From Oscillospiraceae bacterium (GTDB taxonomy: Bacteria > Bacillota > Clostridia > Oscillospirales > Acutalibacteraceae), in NCBI GenBank assembly GCA_022483045.1, contig JAKVOA010000001.1, positions 207,750 through 271,749 of the forward strand: a stretch of DNA of 64,000 bases, in the 5' to 3' direction. This document shows positions 1 through 9,365 of this stretch, one piece after another. Within the stretch, counting starts at the first letter, position 1. Each line of letters opens with the position of its first letter. A program made the translations under genes and the position numbers. Below the pieces are notes generated by a model that was not told the origin of the DNA, made no database searches, and worked only from the letters and a program-made list of their open reading frames with translations.

Positions 1-243
1 AATTCCTCCATTTTCCTTAAAATAAGCTTATTTAAATTAATTTACCTGAATTAATTTACTTAATTTAATCTCTAAGCAAATGGTAAATGGAATATTAGGT
101 GCTGTCAATCATATAATATTGTTATTTATTGTATTATATTGGCTGATTGCAAAGAACCGGCTAGACAAACAAGAGAGAAATTGCTTTAATGGAAGAACGA
201 ATTTACTTAAAAATATTGGCTGAAGATAAAGGAGAATACAGAC

Positions 244-2427
244 ATGCAGATTCATCAGTTTTCATCGTCCCTTTACCCGCAGGCTTTTCGTCTGGACACC
301 CCGCACAGCAGCTACGTAATGGGGATTTCCAAAGAGGGTTTGGCGGTGCACCTTTACTATGGTGCAAAACTTTCGGATACAGATATGCAGACACTTTGTG
401 GTGCCGAGAATTCGCCGTGGTTCCCTGCGACACCCGGCGAGACTCTGCTAGATCATGTGCCGCTGGAGTATTCCGGGGCGGGCATGGCTGACCTGCGCCC
501 GGCAGCGCTGAGCGTTTTGTGGGAAGACGGCGACAATATCGCTGACCTGCGTTTCACCGGCTGCCGGATTTTTGCCGGTAAACCGTCGCCGCGTGGTCTG
601 CCGCATGTTTACGTTGAGCAGGACAAAGAGGCCCAGACATTGCTGGTGACTTTGGCAGATGAGAAAGGCTTGAAAGCAGACCTGTACTACACAGTCTTTG
701 CTCAAAATGATGCACTTGTGCGCCGGGCGGTTTTGAGAAATGACAGCAGCCAGTCGGTTTCCCTGCAACGGGTCATGAGCGCGAGCACCGATTTTCCCGA
801 CAGCAGCATGCAGATGGTGCATCTTTACGGGAAGTGGGCACGGGAACTTCAGGCAGAGCGCATACCGCTGGGGCACTGTGAGCAGCGCATTGGCAGCTTC
901 TGTGGTGCCTCCAGTCACCAGCACAACCCCTTTGCGGCGCTTGTTTCGCCGGACTGTACCGAAACCGCAGGCGAAGCGTACGGTTTCAGTTTTCTGTACA
1001 GCGGAAACTTCTGCATTGAGGCCAATGTAGATGCCGGCGAGCGGTTGCGTGTCAATGTCGGTCTTTCTGACCGCGCTTTTTCCTGGAAGCTGGCTCCGGG
1101 CGAGTCTTTTGATACGCCTGAGGCAGTGTTGGTTTATTCCGGTGCCGGTCTGGGGCAGATGTCGCGCACCTATCAGCAGCTGTACCGCAGCCGTGTCTGC
1201 CGGGGTGTTTGGCGGGACTGCCCGCGCCCGGTGCTGCTGAATACCTGGGAAAGTTTTTACTTTAATTTCGACCGCAGCAAACTTCTGCACTTGGCAAAAT
1301 CCGCTGCCGGTGCAGGGGTGGAGCTGTTTGTAATCGATGACGGCTGGTTTGGTCACCGCGCAGATACCAGCAGCTCCCTGGGTGACTGGACCCCATGGGA
1401 AGAAAAACTTGGCTGCACGCTGCCGCAGCTGGCAGCGGATATCAATAAAATGGGCATGGGCCTTGGCTTGTGGGTAGAGCCTGAAATGGTTTCACCAGAC
1501 AGCGACCTTTACCGTGCGCATCCGGACTGGGCGCTGTGCCGTCCCGGGCGCAAGGCAACTTTGGCCCGCTCACAGCTGATTCTGGATCTTTCCCGCACAG
1601 AAGTGCAGGATTACTTGATCGATGCAATGTCAAAACTGTTTTCCAGTGCACCGATTGCCTATATTAAATGGGATATGAACCGGAATATGGCAGAAACCGG
1701 CTCCTTTTCCGACCGGAAGATCAGTGCAGGCGCTCTGATGCACCGCTATATGCTGGGCCTGTATCGTGTCTTAGAGACTTTGACTTCCCGCTTTCCAAAG
1801 ATTCTGTTTGAAAGTTGTGCCAGCGGCGGCGGCCGCTTTGATGCGGGCATGCTCTATTACATGCCGCAGACCTGGGTCAGCGACAATAGCGATGCGATTC
1901 AGCGGCTGAATATCCAGGGTGGCGCTTCTCTGGTTTACCCCACTACGATGATGAGCTGTCACGTTTCTGCTTCTCCCAACGAGCAGGTTGGGCGCAGCAC
2001 ATCGCTCGACACCCGCTGGAACATTGCAGCGCTGGGCGGCGGCTTTGGCTATGAACTGGACCTGACCCGCCTGCCCAAAGCTGACATGGAAGAGATTACC
2101 CGCCAGATTGCCGCCTATAAGTGCGAGCGGCAAAGCCTCTTTTCCAGCCAGTTTTACCGTCTTTCCGCGCCGGGAAACACAGCTGCTTTTGAGCAGATTT
2201 CTGCTGATGGCCGGCGGATCGTCGTTACCTGCTGCCGCAGGCTTTACGATGCAAAGAACGAGCCGCTTTGGCTGCGCCTGCAGGGCTTGCAGCCGCAGGC
2301 AGAATACCAAAATGTCAGCACCAAAGAAAACAGCAGCGGCGCTGCACTGATGAGCAAAGGCGTGCGCCTGCATTTGCTGTCAAAGGATTTTTCCAGTGTG
2401 CGCATTGTGCTGGAAATTAATTCTTAA
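244..2427 (+). CDS. alpha-galactosidase, glycoside hydrolase family 36
   Basis: 727-aa ORF with GH36-type segments KWDMNRN and FESCASGGGRFD. AAGGAGA RBS about 8 nt upstream of ATG 244. Confidence 0.9.
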   Translation: MQIHQFSSSLYPQAFRLDTPHSSYVMGISKEGLAVHLYYGAKLSDTDMQTLCGAENSPWFPATPGETLLDHVPLEYSGAGMADLRPAALSVLWEDGDNIADLRFTGCRIFAGKPSPRGLPHVYVEQDKEAQTLLVTLADEKGLKADLYYTVFAQNDALVRRAVLRNDSSQSVSLQRVMSASTDFPDSSMQMVHLYGKWARELQAERIPLGHCEQRIGSFCGASSHQHNPFAALVSPDCTETAGEAYGFSFLYSGNFCIEANVDAGERLRVNVGLSDRAFSWKLAPGESFDTPEAVLVYSGAGLGQMSRTYQQLYRSRVCRGVWRDCPRPVLLNTWESFYFNFDRSKLLHLAKSAAGAGVELFVIDDGWFGHRADTSSSLGDWTPWEEKLGCTLPQLAADINKMGMGLGLWVEPEMVSPDSDLYRAHPDWALCRPGRKATLARSQLILDLSRTEVQDYLIDAMSKLFSSAPIAYIKWDMNRNMAETGSFSDRKISAGALMHRYMLGLYRVLETLTSRFPKILFESCASGGGRFDAGMLYYMPQTWVSDNSDAIQRLNIQGGASLVYPTTMMSCHVSASPNEQVGRSTSLDTRWNIAALGGGFGYELDLTRLPKADMEEITRQIAAYKCERQSLFSSQFYRLSAPGNTAAFEQISADGRRIVVTCCRRLYDAKNEPLWLRLQGLQPQAEYQNVSTKENSSGAALMSKGVRLHLLSKDFSSVRIVLEINS

Positions 2428-2443
2428 TCGTTTTCATTCAAAT

Positions 2444-2486
2444 GACCGCCTGACAGAAATTTCTTCTGTCAAGCGGTCTATTTTTA
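2444..2486 (+). terminator. rho-independent terminator after the GH36 gene
   Basis: Arms GACCGCCTGACAGAA and TTCTGTCAAGCGGTC form a 15-bp stem with 1 mismatch, followed by TATTTTTA. Confidence 0.65.
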
Positions 2487-2616
2487 TAGAAATAGATTGA
2501 CTTTTTAAGTTCTCCTAGGTACAATAAACTTAATAAGTTGAAAAAGTAAACAAAATTAGCTAATAGATAATCTGGCAGTCAATAGATTACTGCTAACTAA
2601 GGGAGGAGGAAGAAGA

Positions 2617-3651
2617 ATGCCGAAAGCAGTTCGCATGGTAGATATTGCGAAGCGGGTCGGGGTAAGCACCGTTACGGTTTCCAAAGCTTTGGCTGACAAA
2701 GAGGGCGTCAGCGACGAAATTCGGGAGCGTATCAAAGAGACCGCCCAGCAGATGGGCTATCAGATGGTGCCTGCCTCACGTAAAAGCCGCCAAAGCGGTA
2801 CCGGAAATATCGGCATCGTTGTTCCGGCACGCTTTATCAACTACAGCACAAATTCATTTTACTGGGAAATGTACGAAAAAGCGGTCAATCGCCTAATGAC
2901 CAGTGATTATTACGGTATTTTAGAGCTGCTGGCAGAGGACTCTGAGCGCAACCTGATTTTGCCGCGTGTTTTGCAGGACAACAAAATTGACGGCCTGATT
3001 GTAATAGGGCAGCTCAGCCGCGCGTACCGCGCCATGCTGCAGAAAAAGATGCTGGTGCCCACCGTTTTCTTGGATTCCTATGATGCCTATGGCGGCGGAT
3101 ACTCTGTCATTTCTGATGGCTATTACGGGATGTATGCTGTTACCAACTATGTGCTTTCCATGGGCCACCGAAACATTCACTTTTTGGGGGATATTAACGC
3201 GACCAGCAGCATTTGCGACCGCTACTTTGGCTACTGCCGCGCAATGATGGAGCACAATATTCCGGTTACGCCGGATATGATTCTTTCGGACCGCGACCAA
3301 AGCGGGCAAATCGGCTTTGCTCTGCCGGAAAAGCTGCCTACGGCTTATGTGTGCAACTGCGATGTATCTGCTTTTGAGCTGATTAATCGTTTAGAGGATC
3401 GCGGCCTGCATGTGCCGCAGGACGTTTCAGTAGCGGGCTTCGATAATTACAGTGTACCGTATATTTCCATGCCCAATATCACGACCTATGCCGTGGATAT
3501 GTCCGGTATGGCGCGTGCCTGCGTCGACGGCCTGCTGCATCAGATTCGGCATAAGCATTTCAGCACCGGTATTAAAATTATCAGCGGGCGCATTGTTGTG
3601 CGCGGCAGTGTCAAAAAACTGGATTCCGCTGAACCTCAGGACCCCGCTTAG
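2617..3651 (+). CDS. LacI-family transcriptional regulator
   Basis: N-terminal HTH MVDIAKRVGVSTVTVSKAL followed by a periplasmic-binding-protein-like sugar domain. GGGAGGAGG RBS. Confidence 0.85.
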   Translation: MPKAVRMVDIAKRVGVSTVTVSKALADKEGVSDEIRERIKETAQQMGYQMVPASRKSRQSGTGNIGIVVPARFINYSTNSFYWEMYEKAVNRLMTSDYYGILELLAEDSERNLILPRVLQDNKIDGLIVIGQLSRAYRAMLQKKMLVPTVFLDSYDAYGGGYSVISDGYYGMYAVTNYVLSMGHRNIHFLGDINATSSICDRYFGYCRAMMEHNIPVTPDMILSDRDQSGQIGFALPEKLPTAYVCNCDVSAFELINRLEDRGLHVPQDVSVAGFDNYSVPYISMPNITTYAVDMSGMARACVDGLLHQIRHKHFSTGIKIISGRIVVRGSVKKLDSAEPQDPA

Positions 3652-3677
3652 GTTTTCTGATTTTTATGACCATAAAG

Positions 3678-3715
3678 AAAGCGCAGGCTTATCGATTGCC
3701 TGCGCTTTTTGTTTT
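3678..3715. terminator. bidirectional terminator between convergent LacI and AraC genes
   Basis: 11-bp stem AAAGCGCAGGC / GCCTGCGCTTT flanked by an A-run and a T-run. Confidence 0.7.
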
Positions 3716-3720
3716 GCACG

Positions 3721-4533
3721 CTATACTGATTTCTTTTGTTCTTCCTGACTTGAAAAATGTGCCCGGTATGCGAGCGGAGACATACCCATCCGGCTTTTAA
3801 AAAGGCGGATAAAGTAAGAGGCATTTTCTACGCCCACAGCCAAGCCGATATCCAGCACACTGCGGTTGGTTGTGCGCAGCAGATGACAGGCTTCCTGTAC
3901 CCGCACGGATAAAAGGTACTCAAAAGGGGAAAGACCATAATAAACTTTAAAGTCTTTGTCCAGTTTATACTTATTCCAGTGCAGCTCCTTTGAAAGAGAA
4001 TCCAGCGTCAGCCTTTCGGCATAGCGGGTTTCTAGGATTTGATGCAGCAGCTGAATGGAAGCGGGCGGCAGCATGCCGTCCGGCAGAAGGGGCTGCATTT
4101 CTCTTTGCAGGGCGTCAAGCAGGGCTTGCAGTATTTGGCTTTCCTGTGGGCAGGGCAGCTGGCAGAGCATGCGGGAAAAATCAGCAAAAACCGTGCTGCT
4201 GCTTTTTGGGACAAAGACAGAGGGCGCAGCTGACGTCGGCAGAGGGCAGCTTTCCCCTTCGGCTAAAAGCCCAGCGAATGCCAGCGGCTTGTTCAAAGCA
4301 AAAAGCGTGGGGGTCTGTCCCGCACGAATGCAGATGAGGCTTTCTTTAGGTAGGTGCCAGGTCCTGCGGCACTCCTCTAAACGGGCTTCGTCGGCAATGC
4401 AGTAAAAAGCGGCTGCCATACGGTAGGGGCAGCTGAGCAGCAGGCTGTGCGGCACAGTGCCCTGCATGCCGCCCCGAAAATGCAGAGTCTGCTCTTTCTG
4501 CGGGATGTGATGCGCTGCAGTTTTACTTTCCAT
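3721..4533 (-). CDS. AraC-family transcriptional regulator
   Basis: C-terminal double HTH (LTLDSLSKELHWNKYKLDKDFK ... DIGLAVGVENASYFIRLFKSRMGMSPLAYR). G-rich RBS upstream. Divergent from the ABC transporter genes. Confidence 0.85.
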   Translation of the reverse strand: MESKTAAHHIPQKEQTLHFRGGMQGTVPHSLLLSCPYRMAAAFYCIADEARLEECRRTWHLPKESLICIRAGQTPTLFALNKPLAFAGLLAEGESCPLPTSAAPSVFVPKSSSTVFADFSRMLCQLPCPQESQILQALLDALQREMQPLLPDGMLPPASIQLLHQILETRYAERLTLDSLSKELHWNKYKLDKDFKVYYGLSPFEYLLSVRVQEACHLLRTTNRSVLDIGLAVGVENASYFIRLFKSRMGMSPLAYRAHFSSQEEQKKSV

Positions 4534-4785
4534 AATGCTCGATTCCCCCCCTTTTTGTGCAAAATTTTATTGCTATTATGTATTATAACACTTCTGTAGA
4601 AAATAAATAGAATTCGCAAAAAGAAACGAATACTTTTTTACAGGCGCCAAAAGAGATAAAGTAACAAAAATAGAAATAATTTAGCTAATCATACATAGCG
4701 TTTGCTTAATAAATTGATTGCATATTAGAATATTCACTATATGTATCAAACAAGATATTAAAAAAACATTAATAATATATAAATG

Positions 4786-4818
4786 AACCAATATAATGAT
4801 ATTGAAACCAATATAATG
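4786..4818 (+). promoter_or_regulatory. two perfect 13-nt direct repeats (AACCAATATAATG) with a 20-bp period; candidate AraC-type activator site or promoter
   Basis: Copies at 4786-4798 and 4806-4818, about 85-115 nt upstream of the SBP start codon, inside the divergent AraC/SBP intergenic region. Confidence 0.4.
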
Positions 4819-4900
4819 TAGTGACAGAATAAAGTAAATGAGATATTATTTAGCTAAAGTTAATTCATACATATTAGCTTAAAAATGGGAGGTAGCAAAA

Positions 4901-6298
4901 ATGAAAAGTGTACAAAAAGTTCTGAGCGTTGTATTGGCCGGCGCGATGATCGCGGCTTCTGCAACGGCGTGCGGTTCTTCTAGCAGCAGCACTGCAGCCG
5001 CCAGTGGTACCGGCACCAGCAGCAGTTCCTCCGACTACTTAAACCTGAAAGTGGGCGAGAGCAACAAGGACATCAAGGCTGACTTGAAAGTCCTGACCAA
5101 CCGTACCGACATTGTCGATACGAAACTCAAGCAGTATGCTGCTGAGTTTAAAAAGCTTTACCCAAATGTGAACATTAAGTTTGAGGGCGTTACCAACTAC
5201 GCCGACGATGTGACAACCCGCCTGAGCACGAAAGACTGGGGCGATATCTGCAAGATCCCGAGCTCCGTCGATAAGAATGAATTTGCCGATCACTTCATTT
5301 CCTATGGCTCTACAGACGAGCTTGGCAAAAAATACCGCTTTGTAACCGATAAATCCTATGACGGCCAGTGCTACGGCATTGCTTCTGTCGGCAACGCACA
5401 GGGCATTGTTTATAACAAAAAGGTCTTTAAGGAAGCCGGCATTACCACCATGCCAAAGACCCCGGACGAATTCATCAAAGACCTGCAGACCATTAAGACA
5501 AAGACAAGCGGAAAAGTCATTCCGCTGTACACCAACTTTGCTGCAAAGTGGACCATGGGCGCATGGGATTCCTACATCGGTGTCAACGCCACTGGCGATG
5601 CAACCTTTATGAACCAGAAACTTGCTGAGACAAAGAATCCATTTGCAAAGGCTTCCTTTACAGAAGGCACCGGCCCATATGCGGTTTACAACATTCTGTA
5701 CACAGCTGTAAAAGATAAGCTGACAGAAAGCGACCCAACCACAACCGACTGGGAAAGCAGCAAGACAAAACTGAACAACGGTCAGATCGCTACCATGGTC
5801 CTGGGCTCTTGGGCAGTCAACCAGTGCAAGACAAGCGGCAAAACACCTGATGACGTTGGCTACATGCCTTTCCCGATTACTGTAAATGGCAAGCAGTACA
5901 CCTCTATCGGCAATGATTACTGCTATGGTATCAACAAGAACGCTACCAAAGACAACCAGACCGCTTCCCTGCTCTTCGTTAAGTGGATTACCGAAAAATC
6001 CAACTATGCTTACAACGAGGGCTGCATCCCGATCGTAAAGACCGATAAGCTGCCGTCCATCCTCTCTGAAATCGAAAAGACAACCATGCTGGAAGATACA
6101 CCTGCTGTAAAGGGTAAGGAAGACGAGTTTACACAGGTCAACAGAGACTCCGAACTTAGCCTGAAAGACGACAACAAGCATGTACAGGATATTGTCGAAG
6201 CTGCACAGAAGGGCTCTAAGACCCTTGACCAGATTGTTTCTGACTGGAACACAAAGTGGTCTGATGCACAGAAAAATGACAATATTGAAGTAAAGTAA
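4901..6298 (+). CDS. ABC transporter extracellular solute-binding lipoprotein (family 1, oligosaccharide)
   Basis: Signal peptide with lipobox ...ASATAC followed by a Ser/Thr-rich linker. 465 aa. GGGAGG RBS. Followed by two sugar permease genes. Confidence 0.85.
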   Translation: MKSVQKVLSVVLAGAMIAASATACGSSSSSTAAASGTGTSSSSSDYLNLKVGESNKDIKADLKVLTNRTDIVDTKLKQYAAEFKKLYPNVNIKFEGVTNYADDVTTRLSTKDWGDICKIPSSVDKNEFADHFISYGSTDELGKKYRFVTDKSYDGQCYGIASVGNAQGIVYNKKVFKEAGITTMPKTPDEFIKDLQTIKTKTSGKVIPLYTNFAAKWTMGAWDSYIGVNATGDATFMNQKLAETKNPFAKASFTEGTGPYAVYNILYTAVKDKLTESDPTTTDWESSKTKLNNGQIATMVLGSWAVNQCKTSGKTPDDVGYMPFPITVNGKQYTSIGNDYCYGINKNATKDNQTASLLFVKWITEKSNYAYNEGCIPIVKTDKLPSILSEIEKTTMLEDTPAVKGKEDEFTQVNRDSELSLKDDNKHVQDIVEAAQKGSKTLDQIVSDWNTKWSDAQKNDNIEVK

Positions 6299-6338
6299 GA
6301 TCTCGTTAAGCAAACCGTACAAAAAACGGCTTAGCCAG

Positions 6339-6370
6339 GCGGCCGGCGCTGGTGCGCCGGCCGCTGTTTT
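6339..6370 (+). terminator. intra-operon GC hairpin/partial terminator after the SBP gene
   Basis: Arms GCGGCCGGCGC and GCGCCGGCCGC with loop tggt, then TGTTTT. Lies immediately before the permease RBS. Confidence 0.5.
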
Positions 6371-6388
6371 GTAGAAGGAGGATTTCCA

Positions 6389-7375
6389 ATGAAACAAACA
6401 GGTAAAAAACAGGCGCCTGTACACACGACGAGTCTGCGCAGTATTCGTGGGCAGCAGCGGTTGGTTACTGTGCTGTTTATGATCGTTCCGCTTTTCCTGC
6501 TGATCCTTTTTACTTACCTTCCATTTGCTAAAATGATTCAGTTCAGCTTTTTCAACATGAAATACACCGGCACACGCAGATTTATCGGCTGGCAGAACTA
6601 CATTTCCGTATTTACCCGCTCTGATATTTTCCCGGCCTTAAAGCTCAGCTTGTTTTACATGGCCGGCGCGGTGATTCAGATGGCACTGGCTCTGTTCTTT
6701 GCCACCATGCTTACCGGCAAGCTGAAAGGCGGTGCATTCTTTAAGGGCGCACTTTTCTTCCCGTACCTCATCTGCGGCATTGCAGTGGGCTACATTTTTA
6801 AATTCTTCTTTACACACGGCTTTGTGCTGGATACCCTGCTGACCAGTGTCGGCTTTAAGCTGCAGAACCTGCCGTATTGGTTAAAAGATACGCGCATAAA
6901 CAACATTATGCTGGCGGGCACTTCCGTTTGGCGATATTTGGGGCAAAATATGATTATGTTCATCGGCGCCATGATGTCGGTGGACGAAGATGTGTACGAA
7001 GCGGCAATGATCGACGGCGCCAATGCTTGGCAGAAATTCTGGTCGATTACAATGCCTGGCATTAAGACCATGGTTGTCTTAAACCTGATTCTTTCTATCA
7101 GTGGCTCTTTGAGCGCTTTTGAACCGCCTTACGTTATTACCAATGGTACTTTTGGCACCGGTACTTACTTTGTCGTCATGGACCGTATTGCCCACGTCAA
7201 CCTGAAAGTTGGTTTGGCTTCTGCCATGGCGGTTGTGCTGATGATTCTAATCATTTTGGTCACCGTCCTGCAAAAAGTGGTCTCGCACCTGATGCTGGAT
7301 GAAGACGAAACCGGACATACCTACCGTGAGCGCCGCGCCGAAAAGAAGCGCCAGGCCGCCCAGGCAGCAAAGTGA
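6389..7375 (+). CDS. carbohydrate ABC transporter permease (MalF-like)
   Basis: Multi-TM protein with EAA-loop EAAMIDGANAWQKFWSITMPGIK. GAAGGAGG RBS. Confidence 0.85.
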   Translation: MKQTGKKQAPVHTTSLRSIRGQQRLVTVLFMIVPLFLLILFTYLPFAKMIQFSFFNMKYTGTRRFIGWQNYISVFTRSDIFPALKLSLFYMAGAVIQMALALFFATMLTGKLKGGAFFKGALFFPYLICGIAVGYIFKFFFTHGFVLDTLLTSVGFKLQNLPYWLKDTRINNIMLAGTSVWRYLGQNMIMFIGAMMSVDEDVYEAAMIDGANAWQKFWSITMPGIKTMVVLNLILSISGSLSAFEPPYVITNGTFGTGTYFVVMDRIAHVNLKVGLASAMAVVLMILIILVTVLQKVVSHLMLDEDETGHTYRERRAEKKRQAAQAAK

Positions 7376-7388
7376 GGGGGAATTTTCA

Positions 7389-8294
7389 ATGGCAGCTTTA
7401 GATAAAACAATGATGTCGCCCGCAGAGAAGAAAGCAGAACAAAAAGCAGAGCACCCCGGCCGCGGCAGAAAAATCGTTATTCGCATCTTAGAGTATGCAG
7501 CGCTGATTTTCGCGGCGTTTTGGGCACTGATTCCGGTCGTTTCCTGTGTTATCACAGCATTTAAAACACCGGATGAATACGCCAATACCAATGTAATGAC
7601 ACTGCCCAAGAGCTGGCTTTACTTCACCAACTTTCAGGGCGCATGGGAAAAGGCAAATATGGGCCTGTCCTTTGTCAACTCTTTCCTGATTTTGGCGGTC
7701 GTGCTGGTCTGCTGCATTCTCATCAGCTCAATGCTGGCGTTTGTGCTCAACCGCTTTAAGTTCCGCGGCAATGGCCTTATTCGCAACCTGTTCCTGTTTG
7801 CATCGCTGGTTCCCGGCATTGCCATGCAGGTTACCGTTTATCAGATTATGTACAAATTGGGCTTAATCAACAGCCTGCCCGGCTACATGCTGCTGCTGAT
7901 GGGTACCGATGTTATCTCCATTTATATCTTCTTGCAGTTCTTTGAAAACCTGTCCGTTTCGCTGGATGAATCGGCGATTCTGGACGGCTGCACGTACTTC
8001 GGTGTATTCTTTAAAATTCTGCTGCCGCTTTTGAAACCAGCAATCGTCACGGTTTTGATTCTGAAAGGTGTCAGTACCTACAACGAATACTACATGGCAA
8101 ACCTGTACCTGCAGGACAAGACCGTTTACCCGGTTGTGTCTACCTGCCTGTACACATTCTCCGGCCCAATGGGTACCCAGTACAACTTCATCTGCGCCGG
8201 CGTTCTGATTACTGTTATCCCGATTCTGATTATCTTCCTGATTTTCCAGAAGCAGGTGTACCGCGGCCTTGCTGCCGGTGCTGTAAAGGGATAA
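7389..8294 (+). CDS. carbohydrate ABC transporter permease (MalG-like)
   Basis: EAA-loop ESAILDGCTYFGVFFKILLPLLKPA. ATG 7389 is preferred over ORF start 7299, which overlaps the upstream gene, because GAGGGGG lies upstream of 7389. Confidence 0.8.
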   Translation: MAALDKTMMSPAEKKAEQKAEHPGRGRKIVIRILEYAALIFAAFWALIPVVSCVITAFKTPDEYANTNVMTLPKSWLYFTNFQGAWEKANMGLSFVNSFLILAVVLVCCILISSMLAFVLNRFKFRGNGLIRNLFLFASLVPGIAMQVTVYQIMYKLGLINSLPGYMLLLMGTDVISIYIFLQFFENLSVSLDESAILDGCTYFGVFFKILLPLLKPAIVTVLILKGVSTYNEYYMANLYLQDKTVYPVVSTCLYTFSGPMGTQYNFICAGVLITVIPILIIFLIFQKQVYRGLAAGAVKG

Positions 8295-8318
8295 TGTCTT
8301 AACGGAGGAATTTATAAT

Positions 8319-9341
8319 ATGAGCAATGTGAAACTTTATACGGGCAGCCTGCCCAACATGCCCTGGCAGGAAAGACCCGCCGGACAGCAAAACGGCCCTT
8401 TGTGGCGCTATACAGAAAACCCGGTGATTCACCGCAACCCGCTGCCGGGCGTTGCCCGCATTTTCAACAGCGCGGTCGTGCCATTGGACGGTGCCTTTGC
8501 CGGTGTTTTCCGCGGCGAGCAGACAAACGGCGTTCCGTTCATCTACTTTGGCCGCAGCAAAGACGGCATTCACTGGGATATTAACTCAGAGAAGATTCAG
8601 TTTACAGACGAAAATGGCAAGCCCTTTATGCCGCGCTATGCGTACGACCCGCGTTTGGTCAAAGTGGACGATACCTATTACGCCATCTGGTGCCAGGATT
8701 TTTACGGTGCAGCGATTGGTATGGCCAAGACCAAAGACTTCAAAACTTTTACCCGGCTGGAAAATCCATTTCTGCCGTTCAACCGTAATGCCGTTCTCTT
8801 TCCGCGTAAAATCGGCGGCAATTTCGTAATGCTTTCCCGTCCGAGCGACAGCGGACACACGCCTTTTGGCGATGTATTCCTGAGCGAAAGCCCTGACTTA
8901 AAGTACTGGGGCCGCCACCGCCATGTCATGGGCCGCAGCAGCGAGTGGTGGGAATCCCTGAAAATCGGCGGCGGTGCCGCCCCAATCGAGACAAGCGAAG
9001 GCTGGCTGCTGTTTTATCACGGCGTCACCAGTACCTGCAACGGCTATGTTTACAGCATCGGCGGCGCTATTTTGGATATTGACGAACCTTCCCGTGTCAA
9101 ATACCGCTGCACAAATTATCTGCTGACTCCAGAAGAGTGGTACGAAGAGCGCGGCTTTGTGCCGAATGTCACATTCCCCTGCGCGACCTTGTGCGATGCA
9201 GATACCGGCCGCATTGCCGTTTATTACGGCGCAGCAGATACTTACGTGGCTTTGGCCTTTACGACCGTGGACGAAGTCGTTTCATACATTAAAGAAAACA
9301 GCGTAACCAGCCCGGACGATACTGAAGTGGGCAGACGGTGA
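8319..9341 (+). CDS. GH130 glycoside phosphorylase (beta-1,4-mannooligosaccharide phosphorylase-like)
   Basis: 340 aa with a five-bladed-propeller GH130-like sequence. Sits next to an epimerase and a second GH130. Confidence 0.75.
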   Translation: MSNVKLYTGSLPNMPWQERPAGQQNGPLWRYTENPVIHRNPLPGVARIFNSAVVPLDGAFAGVFRGEQTNGVPFIYFGRSKDGIHWDINSEKIQFTDENGKPFMPRYAYDPRLVKVDDTYYAIWCQDFYGAAIGMAKTKDFKTFTRLENPFLPFNRNAVLFPRKIGGNFVMLSRPSDSGHTPFGDVFLSESPDLKYWGRHRHVMGRSSEWWESLKIGGGAAPIETSEGWLLFYHGVTSTCNGYVYSIGGAILDIDEPSRVKYRCTNYLLTPEEWYEERGFVPNVTFPCATLCDADTGRIAVYYGAADTYVALAFTTVDEVVSYIKENSVTSPDDTEVGRR

Positions 9342-9365
9342 GTTTTCCGCAAAGGAGGAAGCACA

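Noticed and set aside
5039-6424. 461-aa minus-strand ORF spanning the whole solute-binding-protein gene
   Set aside because: It is exactly antisense to a gene with a lipoprotein signal, an RBS and operon context. The translated sequence is low-complexity with no recognisable domain and no RBS. This is the typical shadow ORF of codon-biased, GC-rich coding DNA.
7299-7388. N-terminal extensions proposed by the ORF track (also at 32472, 58663, 44513, 27395, 23580, 13393 and 36479)
   Set aside because: In each case an internal start has a properly spaced Shine-Dalgarno, and often an ATGA overlap with the upstream gene, and it matches the usual N-terminus of the family. The extensions overlap neighbouring genes or intergenic DNA.
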